The translations under genes were made by a program, and so were the position numbers. A stretch of DNA of 63,974 bases, filler included, from Octopus bimaculoides (taxonomy: Eukaryota): the NCBI RefSeq assembly GCF_001194135.2. It is 5 parts of 5 records of this genome, joined end to end, with 100 filler letters (N's around TTAATTAATTAA, not from the genome) between each part and the next. Parts side by side here need not be neighbours in the genome. Positions count along the whole stretch, not along the records: positions 1 to 31,941 come from NC_068986.1; 4 more parts are not named here. One strand, 5' to 3'. Under the pieces are notes generated by a model. The model was not told the origin of the DNA. It ran no database searches and saw only the letters and a program-made list of their open reading frames with translations. This document shows, in pieces, positions 11,702-23,765 of the stretch. Position 1 is the first letter of the stretch. Each line of letters starts with the position of its first letter.

Positions 11702-12971
11702 TATTAGGATGTCCAGAAAGTTCTGAGCATTTTTAAGTTAAATCTTTTAATGCCTCATTGAACACACCTGAAACGTAACACAGTTAAAACTGTGGTGTTG
11801 CTTGAAGTGGTAGAGCATCTCTTCTTTGTTCCTGACTAAAAATAAATTTACCTTTCATTCTGGTCATCTTTTATTGACATTTGAAATAGATAACCAAAAA
11901 TCTCACATTTGTGTTGTAATACTTTTTCTTTCTTTTTTTCTGTTCAAAACAAAATAGGAGAAATTGCTGTACTTTATGGTAATGTGGAGTTTATAGTAAT
12001 GATGCTGTAGGTGAATCAACTGTTCAAGGTGGTTTGCAAAATTTAAAGCTGGAGAGTTTAGCCAGGAAGATGGTAGTCGCAGTGGAAGAATTCAAAATTT
12101 GTTTTGAAGACAAAAATCGAAGAAAAACTCGGATGTCATGACTAGAGAACTTGCAGAGGTTTTGGAAGTTTCTAAAAGTACGGCTCATGAACACCTAGTG
12201 AATCTAGGATACATTTCTCGCTATAATGTATGGGTGCCTCAGAAACTCTCAGAAAAGAAATGCTTGGACTAGTATTCAGTTTGTGATATGCTTTTCAAAC
12301 GGAATGAAAGCATGATTTTTTGAAACAACTTGTGACTGGAGATGAAAAATGGATTGTGTATGAAAACGTAGTGTGGAAAAAGATCCTGGGGTTTGCGTAA
12401 GGATCCCTCAAAACAGCAATCAAAGACGAACATCTATGCCAAAAAAGCTATGCTTTCTGTTTGGTGAGATCATAAAGGCTTCTCTCACAGAACTAGACCA
12501 TTGATTCTGATGTGTACTGTCGTCAGCTGGCTAATCTGAACCAAAAAATCAAAGAATTAAGGCCAGAGATTGCCAACAAGAAAGAGGTATTGTTCCAACA
12601 AGACAATTCCCGACCACATATGTCTTTGGCTACCCGAACAAATTTACGTGAACTTGGCTGGGATCTCTTACCCCATCCACCATGTTCTCCTGATATTGCG
12701 CCATCCGACTATTACTTGTTTTTGCCTACAGAACTCATCGCTAGGAAAAACATTTAACGATTTAGATGGAATCAAAATGCATCTAGATAACTTTTTGTCC
12801 TCAAAACCAGTTAAATTTTATGCTGGTGGAATATTTAAATTGCCTGATAGATGGGCAAAGGTCATTAATAATAATGGAAATTATTTCATTGAGTAAAATT
12901 TATTGAAAGATCAATTATTTTTATCCCTTTTTACATATAAAAATGCTCAGAACTTTCCGCACAACCTAATA
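11702..12971 (+). mobile_element. Full-length but decayed mariner transposon (~1.27 kb)
   Basis: TIRs tattaggatgtccagaaagttctgagcattttta vs reverse complement of the end, tattaggttgtgcggaaagttctgagcattttta; inserted after (TA)n. Motifs WVPQKL, LVTGDEKWIVYEN, QDNSRPH, HPPCSPDIAPSDYYLF (ORF 12512-12757); frameshifts and stops are present. Confidence 0.95.
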
Positions 12972-13347
12972 CATATGTATATGTATATATTGTTGCTATT
13001 ATGTTAAACTGTCTTATGTCCAAATTTGGCCAAATGCTTTTTTCAGTATTTATTACTGCTTGCAATGACCAATTCTTTCGGTCAAACTATCGCATCTCCA
13101 GCTGCTTCAGATGCCAAGATGTCAAAAAATTGTCAAAGTGTAGTACAACGGTTTTGCTATGGAATGGTGAAATTTTTTTTTTTTCTTTTTTTTTCGTTTT
13201 CTGAAAAAGCAACCTTTTATATTTACGACACTTTCGCATAATAGCAACGACACATTATGTTTATCTATTTCATTACCTTTCTCTCGTCCTCTCTCCCTTT
13301 CTCCTCTCTCTCATTCTCTCGCACGCACACACTATATACTCTTTTAC

Positions 13348-13562
13348 TCTCTTTTACTTGTTTCAGTCATTTGACTGCGGCCATGCTGGAGCACCGCCTT
13401 TAGTCGAGCAAATCGACCCCAGGACTTATTCTTTGTGTAAGCCTAGTACTTATTCTATCGGTCTCTTTTGCCGAACTGCTATGTGAAGGGGACGTAAACA
13501 CACCAGCATCGGTTGTCAAGTGATGTTGGGGGGAGGACAAACACAGACACACAAACACACAT

Positions 13563-13595
<33 letters not shown>

Positions 13596-13756
13596 CGACG
13601 GGCTTCTTCCAGTTTCCGTCTACCAAATCCAGTCACAAGGCTTTGGTCGGCCCGAGGCTATAGAACATACTTGCCCAATGTGCCACGCAGTGGGACTGAA
13701 CCCGGAACCATGTGGCTAGTAAGCAAGCTACTTACCACACAGCCACTTCTGCGCCT
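13348..13756 (-). mobile_element. tRNA-derived SINE family B, near full length
   Basis: Head aggcgcagaagtggctgtgtggtaag..ggttccgggttcagtccc, internal (TA)/(TG) tract, tail gctccagcatggccgcagtcaaatgactgaaacaagtaaaagag. Many homologues occur in the window. Confidence 0.9.
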
Positions 13757-13799
13757 ATGTATATATGTATATATAAAGTTCAAAATTGCACAAAATGGA

Positions 13800-13960
13800 A
13801 CAAAAATCAAAATACAGGTAAGGGAATAACAAACAAAGTATATTAGTTTGATGCTCAGGATAGATGGAAGGATCTCTGACGTTTCAAGCCTATGCTTTTG
13901 AACAGAAGGGAATGAGGAGTAACAGATAGAAAAAGGAGAGAGGAAAAATGCCTGGTTTAA
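13800..13960 (-). repeat. Hammerhead-bearing short repeat, degenerate (core mutated to CTGTTCA)
   Basis: Minus strand CTGTTCA-A-AAGC atag GCTT-GAAACGTC; flanks resemble 43075-43250. Confidence 0.5.
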
Positions 13961-14821
13961 GGTTTGCACATTTGAATATATATATACCCGCAGATCAAGC
14001 ATTGCTAAGAGCTTGAGGTAATATGTGAAGTAGGTTAATAGATTGCATAACATCTTCCTTGATTCTTGTCTTGACCTCAAGCTCTTGACAATGCCTGATC
14101 TGCGGATCATGCCTTGTCATTCGTTCACTCTAGCAACGTATCGTAGATGTGCTGGAGGCTACACAAGAGTAACACGGCAACAGTAACAACATCATCGCTT
14201 TTGAAGTCGACATCATCATCAATATCATCATCGCCATTATCATCATCACGGCAACGAAAATTCTAAAAATTGTTGNNNNNNNNNNNNNNNNNNNNNNNNN
14301 NNNNNNNNNNNNNNNNNNNNNNNNNNNNNNNNNNNNNNNNNNNNNNNNNNNNNNNNNNNNNNNNNNNNNNNNNNNNNNNNNNNNNNNNNNNNNNNNNNNN
14401 NNNNNNNNNNNNNNNNNNNNNNNNNNNNNNNNNNNNNNNNNNNNNNNNNNNNNNNNNNNNNNNNNNNNNNNNNNNNNNNNNNNNNNNNNNNNNNNNNNNN
14501 NNNNNNNNNNNNNNNNNNNNNNNNNNNNNNNNNNNNNNNNNNNNNNNNNNNNNNNNNNNNNNNNNNNNNNNNNNNNNNNNNNNNNNNNNNNNNNNNNNNN
14601 NNNNNNNNNNNNNNNNNNNNNNNNNNNNNNNNNTATCATCATCGCCATTATCATCATCACGGCAACGAAAATTCTAAAAATTGTTGCTCCAAGATCATTG
14701 ATACATCATTATACAAAGAGGCATTTCTACATCTCGGGTATCCATCAGTAAGGGTGGACCATTTCTCTGCACGCAAGCCTGGACAAGGTTTCCTGTTTCT
14801 TTCTTTTCTGTTTTTCTTTTC

Positions 14822-14948
14822 CTCACTTCCCAACCACATGATCTGGGATCAGTCTCGTTACGTGATACCCCGGGCAGGTGTCCTCTACTTTAGTGCTAGG
14901 CAGACCAAATCCTTGTGAGTGACGGAAACTGAAAGAAGACCTTCGTGT
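14822..14948 (+). mobile_element. SINE family B, degenerate 5' half
   Basis: cttcccaaccacatg..gggcaggtgtcctctac..gacggaaactgaaagaag resembles the SINE-B head. Confidence 0.65.
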
Positions 14949-15033
<85 letters not shown>

Positions 15034-15064
15034 TAGCTAGATCATTATTGTTGTTGTTCTTGTT

Positions 15065-15445
15065 GTTGTTATTGTTATTCTGTTCGACTTTTGCTTTGTA
15101 TTTGTAGAAGCTGACTCCAAGTCTCACCCAGAGACCTCAAGAGACAACAAGTTAGAAATTCAAGTTGATGCTATGACTAGGATGCCATATATTTGGTCTT
15201 GTACAGAATATTGTTCTAGAGAATGTCTATCAATACATAAGTAAATTAGAAGTTTGTTTTAAAAGTCATTTGATTGTAAGAGGAGAGTCTGATGTTAAGA
15301 TGACAGTAAAAGGTATTTGTTGTAAAAAGTGAAAAATATGTTGACACTGATTACGTATTAAAATATTTGAGGGATTACATAGATATCTTACGTAGGATAT
15401 GGGCAGTTCCCATGTGCACTATTTTTTGAATGTCTTCCATTTTGG
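15065..15445 (-). mobile_element. R4/Dong-type LINE extreme 3' end plus 3' UTR
   Basis: Minus strand MEDIQKIVHMGTAHILRKISM*, matching the RLE LINE terminal motif GTAHILRK; ends in (AAC/AAT)n. Confidence 0.65.
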
Positions 15446-15570
15446 GATACATTCTACGTAAAGCACTTTCAATACTGTAACTATAAGAGCATCAAAACAA
15501 ACTACGGCACATGCCCAAAGCACACAGAGCTGCGCTCGGTAGTGCAGTGAAAGCACGTTATAAAAATAGA
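15446..15570 (+). mobile_element. Second R4/Dong-type LINE 3' end, back-to-back with the previous one
   Basis: Plus strand (Y)ILRKALSIL* then a short UTR, running into the (GAA)n array. Confidence 0.55.
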
Positions 15571-15649
15571 AGAAGAAGAAGAAGAAGAAGAAGAAGAAGA
15601 AGAAGAAGAAGAAGAAGAAGAAGAAGAAGAAGAAGAAGAAGAAGAAGAA

Positions 15650-15696
<47 letters not shown>

Positions 15697-15732
15697 AGAA
15701 GAAGAAGAAGAAGAAGAAGAAGAAGAAGAAGA
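15568..15732. repeat. (GAA)n microsatellite
   Basis: Long visible GAA array; source of the poly-R/S/F ORFs. Confidence 0.97.
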
Positions 15733-17823
15733 ACGGACGGACGGAATATAAAACAGCCATTNNNNNNNNNNNNNNNNNNNNNNNNNNNNNNNNNNNNNNN
15801 NNNNNNNNNNNNNNNNNNNNNNNNNNNNNNNNNNNNNNNNNNNNNNNNNNNNNNNNNNNNNNNNNNNNNNNNNNNNNNNNNNNNNNNNNNNNNNNNNNNN
15901 NNNNNNNNNNNNNNNNNNNNNNNNNNNNNNNNNNNNNNNNNNNNNNNNNNNNNNNNNNNNNNNNNNNNNNNNNNNNNNNNNNNNNNNNNNNNNNNNNNNN
16001 NNNNNNNNNNNNNNNNNNNNNNNNNNNNNNNNNNNNNNNNNNNNNNNNNNNNNNNNNNNNNNNNNNNNNNNNNNNNNNNNNNNNNNNNNNNNNNNNNNNN
16101 NNNNNNNNNNNNNNNNNNNNNNNNNNNNNNNNNNNNNNNNNNNNNNNNNNNNNNNNNNNNNNNNNNNNNNNNNNNNNNNNNNNNNNNNNNNNNNNNNNNN
16201 NNNNNNNNNNNNNNNNNNNNNNNNNNNNNNNNNNNNNNNNNNNNNNNNNNNNNNNNNNNNNNNNNNNNNNNNNNNNNNNNNNNNNNNNNNNCAGGCCTTT
16301 CGCGACACCCTTACAGCCAGGAACTTTGCAACACCTCCTCAAAAATATAACAAAAATTCCAAGGCGTTTAATTGGATGAGTGTATGATGAAACATATCAA
16401 ATCTGTTTTGATTTTTGCTTTTACAAAATATAGTTTTCCGCCAGAAAAATAGGGGTTTTGTCTTATGTAAGAATTCTTCTTATAAACTGGAAAATACGAT
16501 ACTTTTTATTTCAAAAACGTGCGAAGAAGACGTTAGCAAAACGCCATTCGGCAAATGGGGTCAGTGAAGGACAAAGCATTTATAACCACTTCTTCGGAGA
16601 AATTACCAATGTCAAGTAATTTAGCGATAACTTTAAAGTGTATGCTATTTATTAACCATTACTCACATGATCACATTCGAACCCAAGTGTTTTTAAGTCT
16701 TTCCTATCCAATTCCGTAGTAAATAATTACCATTTCATTAAATGTTACCGCTATATTGCAAAGCTACTAACTCTTAAAGATTATATCAACGAGTGAGAAT
16801 TAAAGCGAAACTATATAGACTTATTACAGTCCTTCATGTTGCTCCTCTTCTGTTCATAAAATATATTAACCACAACTTGAATCACCAAGAACAACAATTT
16901 ACGAACAGGATGTGATTACATAAACTGCCTTACAAATAGAAAATTATTGAGAAATGTCGTCTGCCCGCGGGGTTTGGTAGAACTTAATGAAAACTATCAC
17001 AATAAATGGTCCATTAAAAATTACGGTAAACTCAGCGACTCCAACACAAAATGGAAGGAAATATTTCTGGAATTTTCGTTAATCTGAGTAATTAACTTCT
17101 TAAATCGAATACAACACGTAATAATTCGGATAGCTTTATATGATATCCTCAAGGGATTCAATTCAATACATACGATGGAATTGTCAATCGACATAAAAGC
17201 CAGAGTATCCATATACACTCACGCATTTACAAACACACACATACAAACATACACACACACACGCGCGCACCCGTACACACACACACACACACACACACAT
17301 GCACATTCGGCACCGGCACACGCTACGATATATAGGTTCGCTTTCACAAGCAAAAATACTGATATATATANNNNNNNNNNNNNNNNNNNNNNNNNNNNNN
17401 NNNNNNNNNNNNNNNNNNNNNNNNNNNNNNNNNNNNNNNNNNNNNNNNNNNNNNNNNNNNNNNNNNNNNNNNNNNNNNNNNNNNNNNNNNNNNNNNNNNN
17501 NNNNNNNNNNNNNNNNNNNNNNNNNNNNNNNNNNNNNNNNNNNNNNNNNNNNNNNNNNNNNNNNNNNNNNNNNNNNNNNNNNNNNNNNNNNNNNNNNNNN
17601 NNNNATATATATACATACGTACATATATATATATACACATATATAGATATACATATATAAATATATACTCATACAGAAATATTTAAGCAATTATGTAATG
17701 ATGTATATATATATGCACACGCACACATGCAGTTACACAAACGCATACATACAGACCAATGTACACATACATGTTATTGTATTGCATGTGTGCAAACGCG
17801 CTCTACGCAATATCATTATAAAT

Positions 17824-17871
<48 letters not shown>

Positions 17872-18073
17872 CAATTTCGTATACATGCACGCACAAGTAC
17901 GCGCAAACACTCACACACGCGCGCGCGCGTATAAATGCAAACACACAGAATTAAGCTGACACAATCATACTAATATAAACCCAGATACCATGCAAGATAC
18001 TCAACCAGATAAATAAATAAATGAATAGTTAGCTGGTCAGCTAGCTAGCAAGACAGGGACATAGATAGATAGG

Positions 18074-18142
<69 letters not shown>

Positions 18143-18216
18143 GTAGGTAGGTAGGTAGATAGATGCACACCACATATATAATATTCAGAGACACACGCAC
18201 ACGCATGCACACGCAT

Positions 18217-18274
<58 letters not shown>

Positions 18275-18743
18275 GCATATCTATATTCATTCATATATTT
18301 GCTTTAACTTGTGTATACTTACGTACAAGAAACGAAAGAATTAAACACTTCATATATGCATATGGGATCACAAACACAAAAACACACATTCACTCTCTAC
18401 TACTCTCCCTCTCCCTCTCTCTTACACTCACAAACACCGTATGTATGCACGCACACCTACAGACCTAGCCAGTTAAGCAGGAACTAACGAGGAAGCTTAT
18501 ACGAGATCATTTGACCTGCTAGAACTAGTATGTAAATCTCCCCTGGATCTTATTTTCGCAGCTAGAAAAATAAGGGAGAAATGTCGTTCTAGCTATAAAG
18601 CTGTCTGAATAAAAGACGATATGGTCATAGCTGGAACGCTTTTGGTCGTAAATCTGTTCGATAGGGGCAAAATGGAAACAATAGATAAGCGCGCACACAC
18701 ACGCACACACATACCAACAAAAATAAATAAATTAAATCCACAT

Positions 18744-18910
18744 AGGCACATGCGTGGCCGCGTGGTAAGAAGCTTGCATCCTAGCCACATGGTTTCAAGT
18801 TCAGTCCCACTGCTGCGTGGCAACTAGGGCAAGGGTCTTCTTCTATAGCCACGGGCCGACTAAATCCTAATGAGTGGATATGATAGACGGAAACTGAAAG
18901 AAGGCCGTCA
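18744..18910 (+). mobile_element. SINE family B, 5' half
   Basis: aggcacatgcgtggccgcgtggtaagaagcttgc..agttcagtcccactgc..gacggaaactgaaagaaggccgtc. Confidence 0.85.
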
Positions 18911-18939
18911 TATATATTTATATCCTTTTCTCATGGACT

Positions 18940-19090
18940 TTCCTGTTTCACCTGTTTCTGAAGAAGAGCTCTGCTCGAAACATAAAGCCACCTTTCTTTC
19001 CTTCCTTGAGCGTCTGCTAATACTTTGCATGTACCACGTCCACGCGTTGTTGTTTTTGTCCACACGTTGTTGTTTCTTGTGTTTGTAATT
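18940..19090 (+). ncRNA. Short repeat with a putative minimal hammerhead (18955-18988)
   Basis: TTT-CTGAAGA(18958-64)-A-GAGC tct GCTC-GAA-ACAT-A-AAG; downstream gagcgtc..ctaatac..accac..gttgtt resembles 43075-43160 on the minus strand. Confidence 0.55.
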
Positions 19091-19125
19091 CGTTTGGGAG
19101 GATTTACTATTTTATATATACATTC

Positions 19126-19474
19126 TTCTACTTGTTTCGGTCATTTAGTCGAACTAATCGACCCTAGGATTTAGTCTTCGTAAGCCTAGTACTTATTCTA
19201 TCAATCTCTTTTGCCGAACCGCTAAGTTACGGGGACGTAAACACATTAACATCAGTCGTCAAGCGATGGTGGTGGGGACAAACAAAGACACACACATACA
19301 TACACATATGTATATACGGCGGGCTTCTTTTAGTTTCCGTTTACCAAATTCACTCACAAAGCTTTGGTCGGCTCGAGGCTATAATAGAAGACACCTGTCG
19401 AAGGTGCCATGCAGTGGGACTGAACCCGAAACCATGAAGTTGGAAAGCGAGCTTCTTACCACACAGCCACTCCT
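19126..19474 (-). mobile_element. SINE family B, near full length
   Basis: Homologous along its length to 13348-13756. Confidence 0.9.
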
Positions 19475-19879
19475 ATGTATATATGTATATTTTATGTGTG
19501 TGTGTGTGTTCTTATGTGTATTCTATTTTATATGTTTGCGGTTCCGCAAAATACACCGATAGAATAAGTGCTGGGCTTAAAAAATAAGTCCCGGGGTCGA
19601 TTTGTTCGTTTGAAACCCTTCAAGGTGGTGTTCCACCATGGGCCCAGTTAAATGTCTGGAACAAGTAAAAAAAATATATAAGAATATAGCTCTGTTATAT
19701 TGTCACCAAGTTTCAACTGCTGCCGTGGTCGACTTTGCTTTTTAGCCTTTAGGGTTCGACAAATTAAAATAAGTAGCAATACAGTGCTGGGGTCGACTAA
19801 TCCCTTCCCCTAAAATTTAAGGCGTTATGCCTATAAGGATCACGTGACTTATAGGGATCCGATGTTGTCGCACATTGCT

Positions 19880-20065
19880 GGTCATAATGCACATTTGCAA
19901 TGTTTTAGCCTTCTAATGACGCCACCCCGCTGGGTAGGCGATCCCCCCTGATAGAAAGCGGGGACCAGAACAAGCGGTTTGCACAAGAACACAACACACC
20001 GTCCATTCAGGCAATCGAACCCACGATCTAGCGATCGTGAATGCAACAGTCTAACTACTAGTACA
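19880..20065 (-). mobile_element. tRNA-derived SINE family D, degenerate
   Basis: Minus-strand head tagtagttagactgttgcattcacgatcgctagatcgtgggttcgattgcc followed by tgtgttcttgtgcaa; resembles 60850-61170. Confidence 0.65.
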
Positions 20066-21269
20066 CGCACCTTCAGATTATGCTAATATGCCTAGAGTAA
20101 AAAGAATTATAATGATTTTAAACTTTGGTGCAAGACCAGCAATTTCAGAGAACGGGGTAAGTCGATTACATCGACCCCAGTGATCAACGAGTACTTATTT
20201 TATCAATACCGAAAAGAGAAACGGTGAAGTTGAGGAGGGGGCATCATAGGGGAAGGAGATTATCGGCTTGCACAACCGGGGTTGACATGGGAGCTACACG
20301 ACAACAGCTAAGAGCTACAGCAACGGTACAGTAAAAACGACAATAACAGCAACGCACGTTAGCACGTGATATGATTCAGTTATATCGCAATTGAAAACGC
20401 AGTGGAGAGTTCTCATAATATGATTCGTAGGTTCTATTCAGTTTTTCCGGCCCACTTCTTCGCGGATGTCAACAATATAGCTAAAAGGTATGACGTTAAT
20501 GCAAATATAAAGCTCACTTTCCCTTCCACATTCATGTTTGGGAACAGTTATGGCCTTTACGGTTAGCTTGGTGTTGTAGTCTAAGCTCACGTTTGGTTCA
20601 GTGATTGAGGTGAGCTTAAGTCGATTGCTGAGTTATTGTTAATTCTGGATTAAAGACTTTTCGAATTGGTTAAGATATCAAAAGTAATTATTTGTGAAAA
20701 TTAATATATCGACTAATGTTCATATAAATGAGTTTTATTTCATGGCGGCAGCGGCAGATTTAAGTTTATGATGCAGCCGAGAGGAAGAAATGTGCGTGCA
20801 TAGGGTGTAAGCCTCTTCACTGACATATGTGTGAGCGTTGTGTCTGAGCTTGTGCGTCTGTGTGTGTGTGCATATAAGGTACGTGTTTCTATATATGCAT
20901 ACATGAGGTATCTATATATATTTGTGTATGCCTGTGTGTGTGCACATATATTAATATATATATATAAATATGAACACGTGTGTATGCGTGACTATGTATT
21001 TGTGCGTCGGTTGATGATGTTAATGTAAATGTATATTTGCATGATTGCGTGTACACATGCGTAAGTATATGCGTGTGTAGTATATGAGAGATACAAATAT
21101 TTACTTAATAGATAATTCTCATATACTATTAGAAACAGATTTATATACATAAAAATGTATGCTTATATGGATATATTAGCGTGTCTACGTATTTATGTAG
21201 GTAGGTAGGTAGGTTGCTGAATATAAAGGTAGAAGCATGTGCATATATGGTTTCGCAAGTTTTCCGATG

Positions 21270-21675
21270 CTAGTGAGACTATTACTATTAATATTCCGCT
21301 TAAATTTGCAAGTTGACATCGGCGGGAAGGAGAGTCCCGAGAAGACCAATGTTCTGGGGTGGGAGTACAGGAAGTATTGGATAGTGCAGAGTTCGAGAAG
21401 TTGTATGCAAAATCGAGGCAGAATGGAAGAGAAAGAAGCTGGTTGAGAGCATCTGAGACGAAGTAACTCGCAATCGGCTAGCTCCGAGGAAAAGTGGACA
21501 TAGTTAACGTAAAGGAAGGAAGAACCTGGGGATGATACACCACATGTGTGTGCCAGTGACTGGAACAAGTCTGAGAGTGGTTTTAAGTCAGTATTCGAGT
21601 GACCTTTTTTCTGGATGACTAAGATGTCAATTTGTGCGACAAACAACATCACCCCAGATGTGGAGGCAATATATC
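21270..21675 (-). mobile_element. CR1/L2-group LINE 3' end, decayed
   Basis: Minus strand YCLHIWG..IQKK..QSLAH..HFSSELADC..PRT..FKRNIN resembles the YCSHIWG..SLAHRR..CSSELA..FKRxIN C-terminus of CR1/L2-group RTs. Confidence 0.65.
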
Positions 21676-21735
21676 TTCACGAGGATCTAACTTCACGAGG
21701 ATCTAACTTCACGAAGATCTAACTTCACGAGGATC
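21675..21735. repeat. 16-bp tandem repeat (cttcacgaggatctaa), ~3.8 copies
   Basis: Units start at 21675, 21691, 21707 and 21723. Confidence 0.95.
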
Positions 21736-21779
21736 ATTTTAGCTGTGTAGAATATTGTATGCGTGTGTGGTGTGTATAT

Positions 21780-23525
21780 AGGTTTGTACGTGCGTAAATA
21801 AATTGTATTTTTGTACTGGTAGAAGGGGAAAACTGTGAAATTTGGTTTGATGTTACCTGCACATTTCTCTGTGTTCACTTAAAGGAATTTGTCTGTATTG
21901 CGGGAACCGGAACTGTTCTTTATGTAGAGTGGTTCTCCGTCTCAATGTCATACTCGTGTGTCCTATATAGGGATGTCCACAACCCGAACAGGTTAATACA
22001 TTAATTAGGTTCTCAGAGGCACAGGTGAAGTTGGTTTTAATTGTGAACCTCTCTCCTTGCTTGAAAACAGAAATCCGAGCCTTCAAGTAGGTTGTGGCAT
22101 GTTCCACAGTTTGGGCGTCCACATTTTTTAAACGTTTGTTTCGTGGTTGTTGTGTAAAGCTTCGCATTTGTTAGAAGTCTCTTTAGCGATTTGTGTTGCC
22201 TTTTCATTTGATGTTGTTCATTTTTGGGTCTCTAGTTGGTGAAGGGAGATTTTGCACAATAGTGTTGCATGCCTCATTGTTTCTAGGGTTATGGGTTGAT
22301 ATATACAGGAGTGTTTTCAGATGATGTGTGGTGTTATGTTTTGTTATCCTTAGTGCTTTTATGTCTAATTTCTTGGCACGCTTAATTCCATCGTCTATAA
22401 GTGAGGGTGGATATTGTCTTTCAGTTAGTGTTGTTTTGAGGTCTTGAAGACGAAAGTCCCGAGTAGTTCTATCAGACACTATTGTGCAAATCCTTTTTGC
22501 CAAATTAAAGGGGATATTAATTTTGATGTGTTTTGGGTGGTATGAACTAAAGAGGATATATTGTTTCGAGTCCGTTGGTTTATGAAAGATGTCAGTTATA
22601 ATTTGGTTGTTGACTTTTTTTTATCATAATATCCAGAAATTGGAGCTGTTCTTTGCTATATTCCATTGTGTATTGAATGTTACTATTTATATCATTTAGT
22701 GTTCATTTGAAATCCAAAAGTTTGTCAATGGTCTCATTTCAAATGATAAAACAGTCATCCATGTATCTTTTCCAGCTTTCTTTCATGTAATGGTGAAATG
22801 GATAACCATATTTTTTGAAGTGACACTTCATGTTTGGCGAATTCAAAATAACCCATTATCAGCTTCGCAAGAGCAGGGACTGCTTTCGTTCCCATCGCAA
22901 TTCCGCATTTTTGACGATAGTAGGTGTCATCAAATAGGAAATAGTTGTTCCGAAGTATACATTTTAAAGTTCACTTATAAAGATCTGATTTATGCGTTCC
23001 GGGAGTACTTCGGAGTACTTCGGAGTACTTCGGAGTACTTCGGAGTACTTTTCCAGCCAGAATTTGATTGCTTTTATTCCATAGTCATGTGGAATGTTGG
23101 TGTAAAGATTGATAACATCGAAAGAAACCAATAATGCTTCTTCATTAATTGTTTTTGGTAGGTGCTCTAGCATGTCTCAATCGTTTCTAATGAAACTTTT
23201 GATGTATTTCAGAAAGGGTTGCAGTAGTCTAGAAAATTGCTTAGACGGTGGGTTTCATAGGCTGGGCCAGCTATAATGGGCCTTAAAGTTAAGTCTTCTG
23301 GCATTTGGATATTTATGTATTTGCCTGGTGATTGTTTGCTGGCTTCATTAATTATCTTGCTCTTATGTGTTTTAGGAAGGCCATTAAAAAGATTCGGTCT
23401 ACATTTGAAGTTCGTGATGCAGTCTGTTTCTTTTTCTGTCGGGCCCTTTCCATGTAGAAGTATTAAGGATGCAAGATTTTTCATTGTTTTTTGTTGTTTA
23501 TAGTTTACAACTTTTTCGTAGAAGG
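21780..23525 (-). mobile_element. Penelope-like element (Neptune-like), RT + GIY-YIG, pseudogenized
   Basis: Minus strand: GLPKTHK..LRPIIAG; FDVINLYTNIP; GIAMGTKAVPALAKLIMG; WKRYMDDCFII (YMDD at 22754-22765); FTCASENLINVLTCSGCGHPYIG. Multiple frameshifts. Confidence 0.93.
23001..23050. repeat. 10-bp tandem repeat (cggagtactt)x5 inside the PLE RT
   Basis: Five units at 23001-23050, the first with a c>g change. Confidence 0.95.
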
Positions 23526-23765
23526 CATCGCTTGCGTTCTCAGCACACCGCTTTATAGTAGCGAAACCTGGAGCATCCAATCCAGGCAAGAGCGGGATTT
23601 CAACGACCTCTACCTACGCAACCTGAGACAGATTCTGAACATCAAGTGCTCTGACCGAGTCACTAACAATGAAGTCCTGGCTTGTTGGCAAATCCCTAAA
23701 CTCCTCATCCTATTACAACGACGCCTCCTCTGACTTGGCCATGTGCCTCCAACAAAACAACATGG
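23526..23765 (+). mobile_element. RTE-clade LINE RT C-terminal fragment
   Basis: ACVLSTPLYSSETWS..YLRNLRQILNIKCSDRVTNNEVL..QRRLL*LGHV, the RTE pattern LLYGxETW..CLRRIL..W.DxVTNxEVL..RLRWLGHV. Confidence 0.85.

Noticed and set aside
14224-14686. ~52-bp direct repeat on both sides of the 14276-14633 gap
   Set aside because: An exact duplication at both gap edges indicates unmerged contig overlap.
23001-23050. Short direct repeats as a possible CRISPR array (also 21675-21735 and 43930-44025)
   Set aside because: Head-to-tail units without spacers, in a eukaryotic context.
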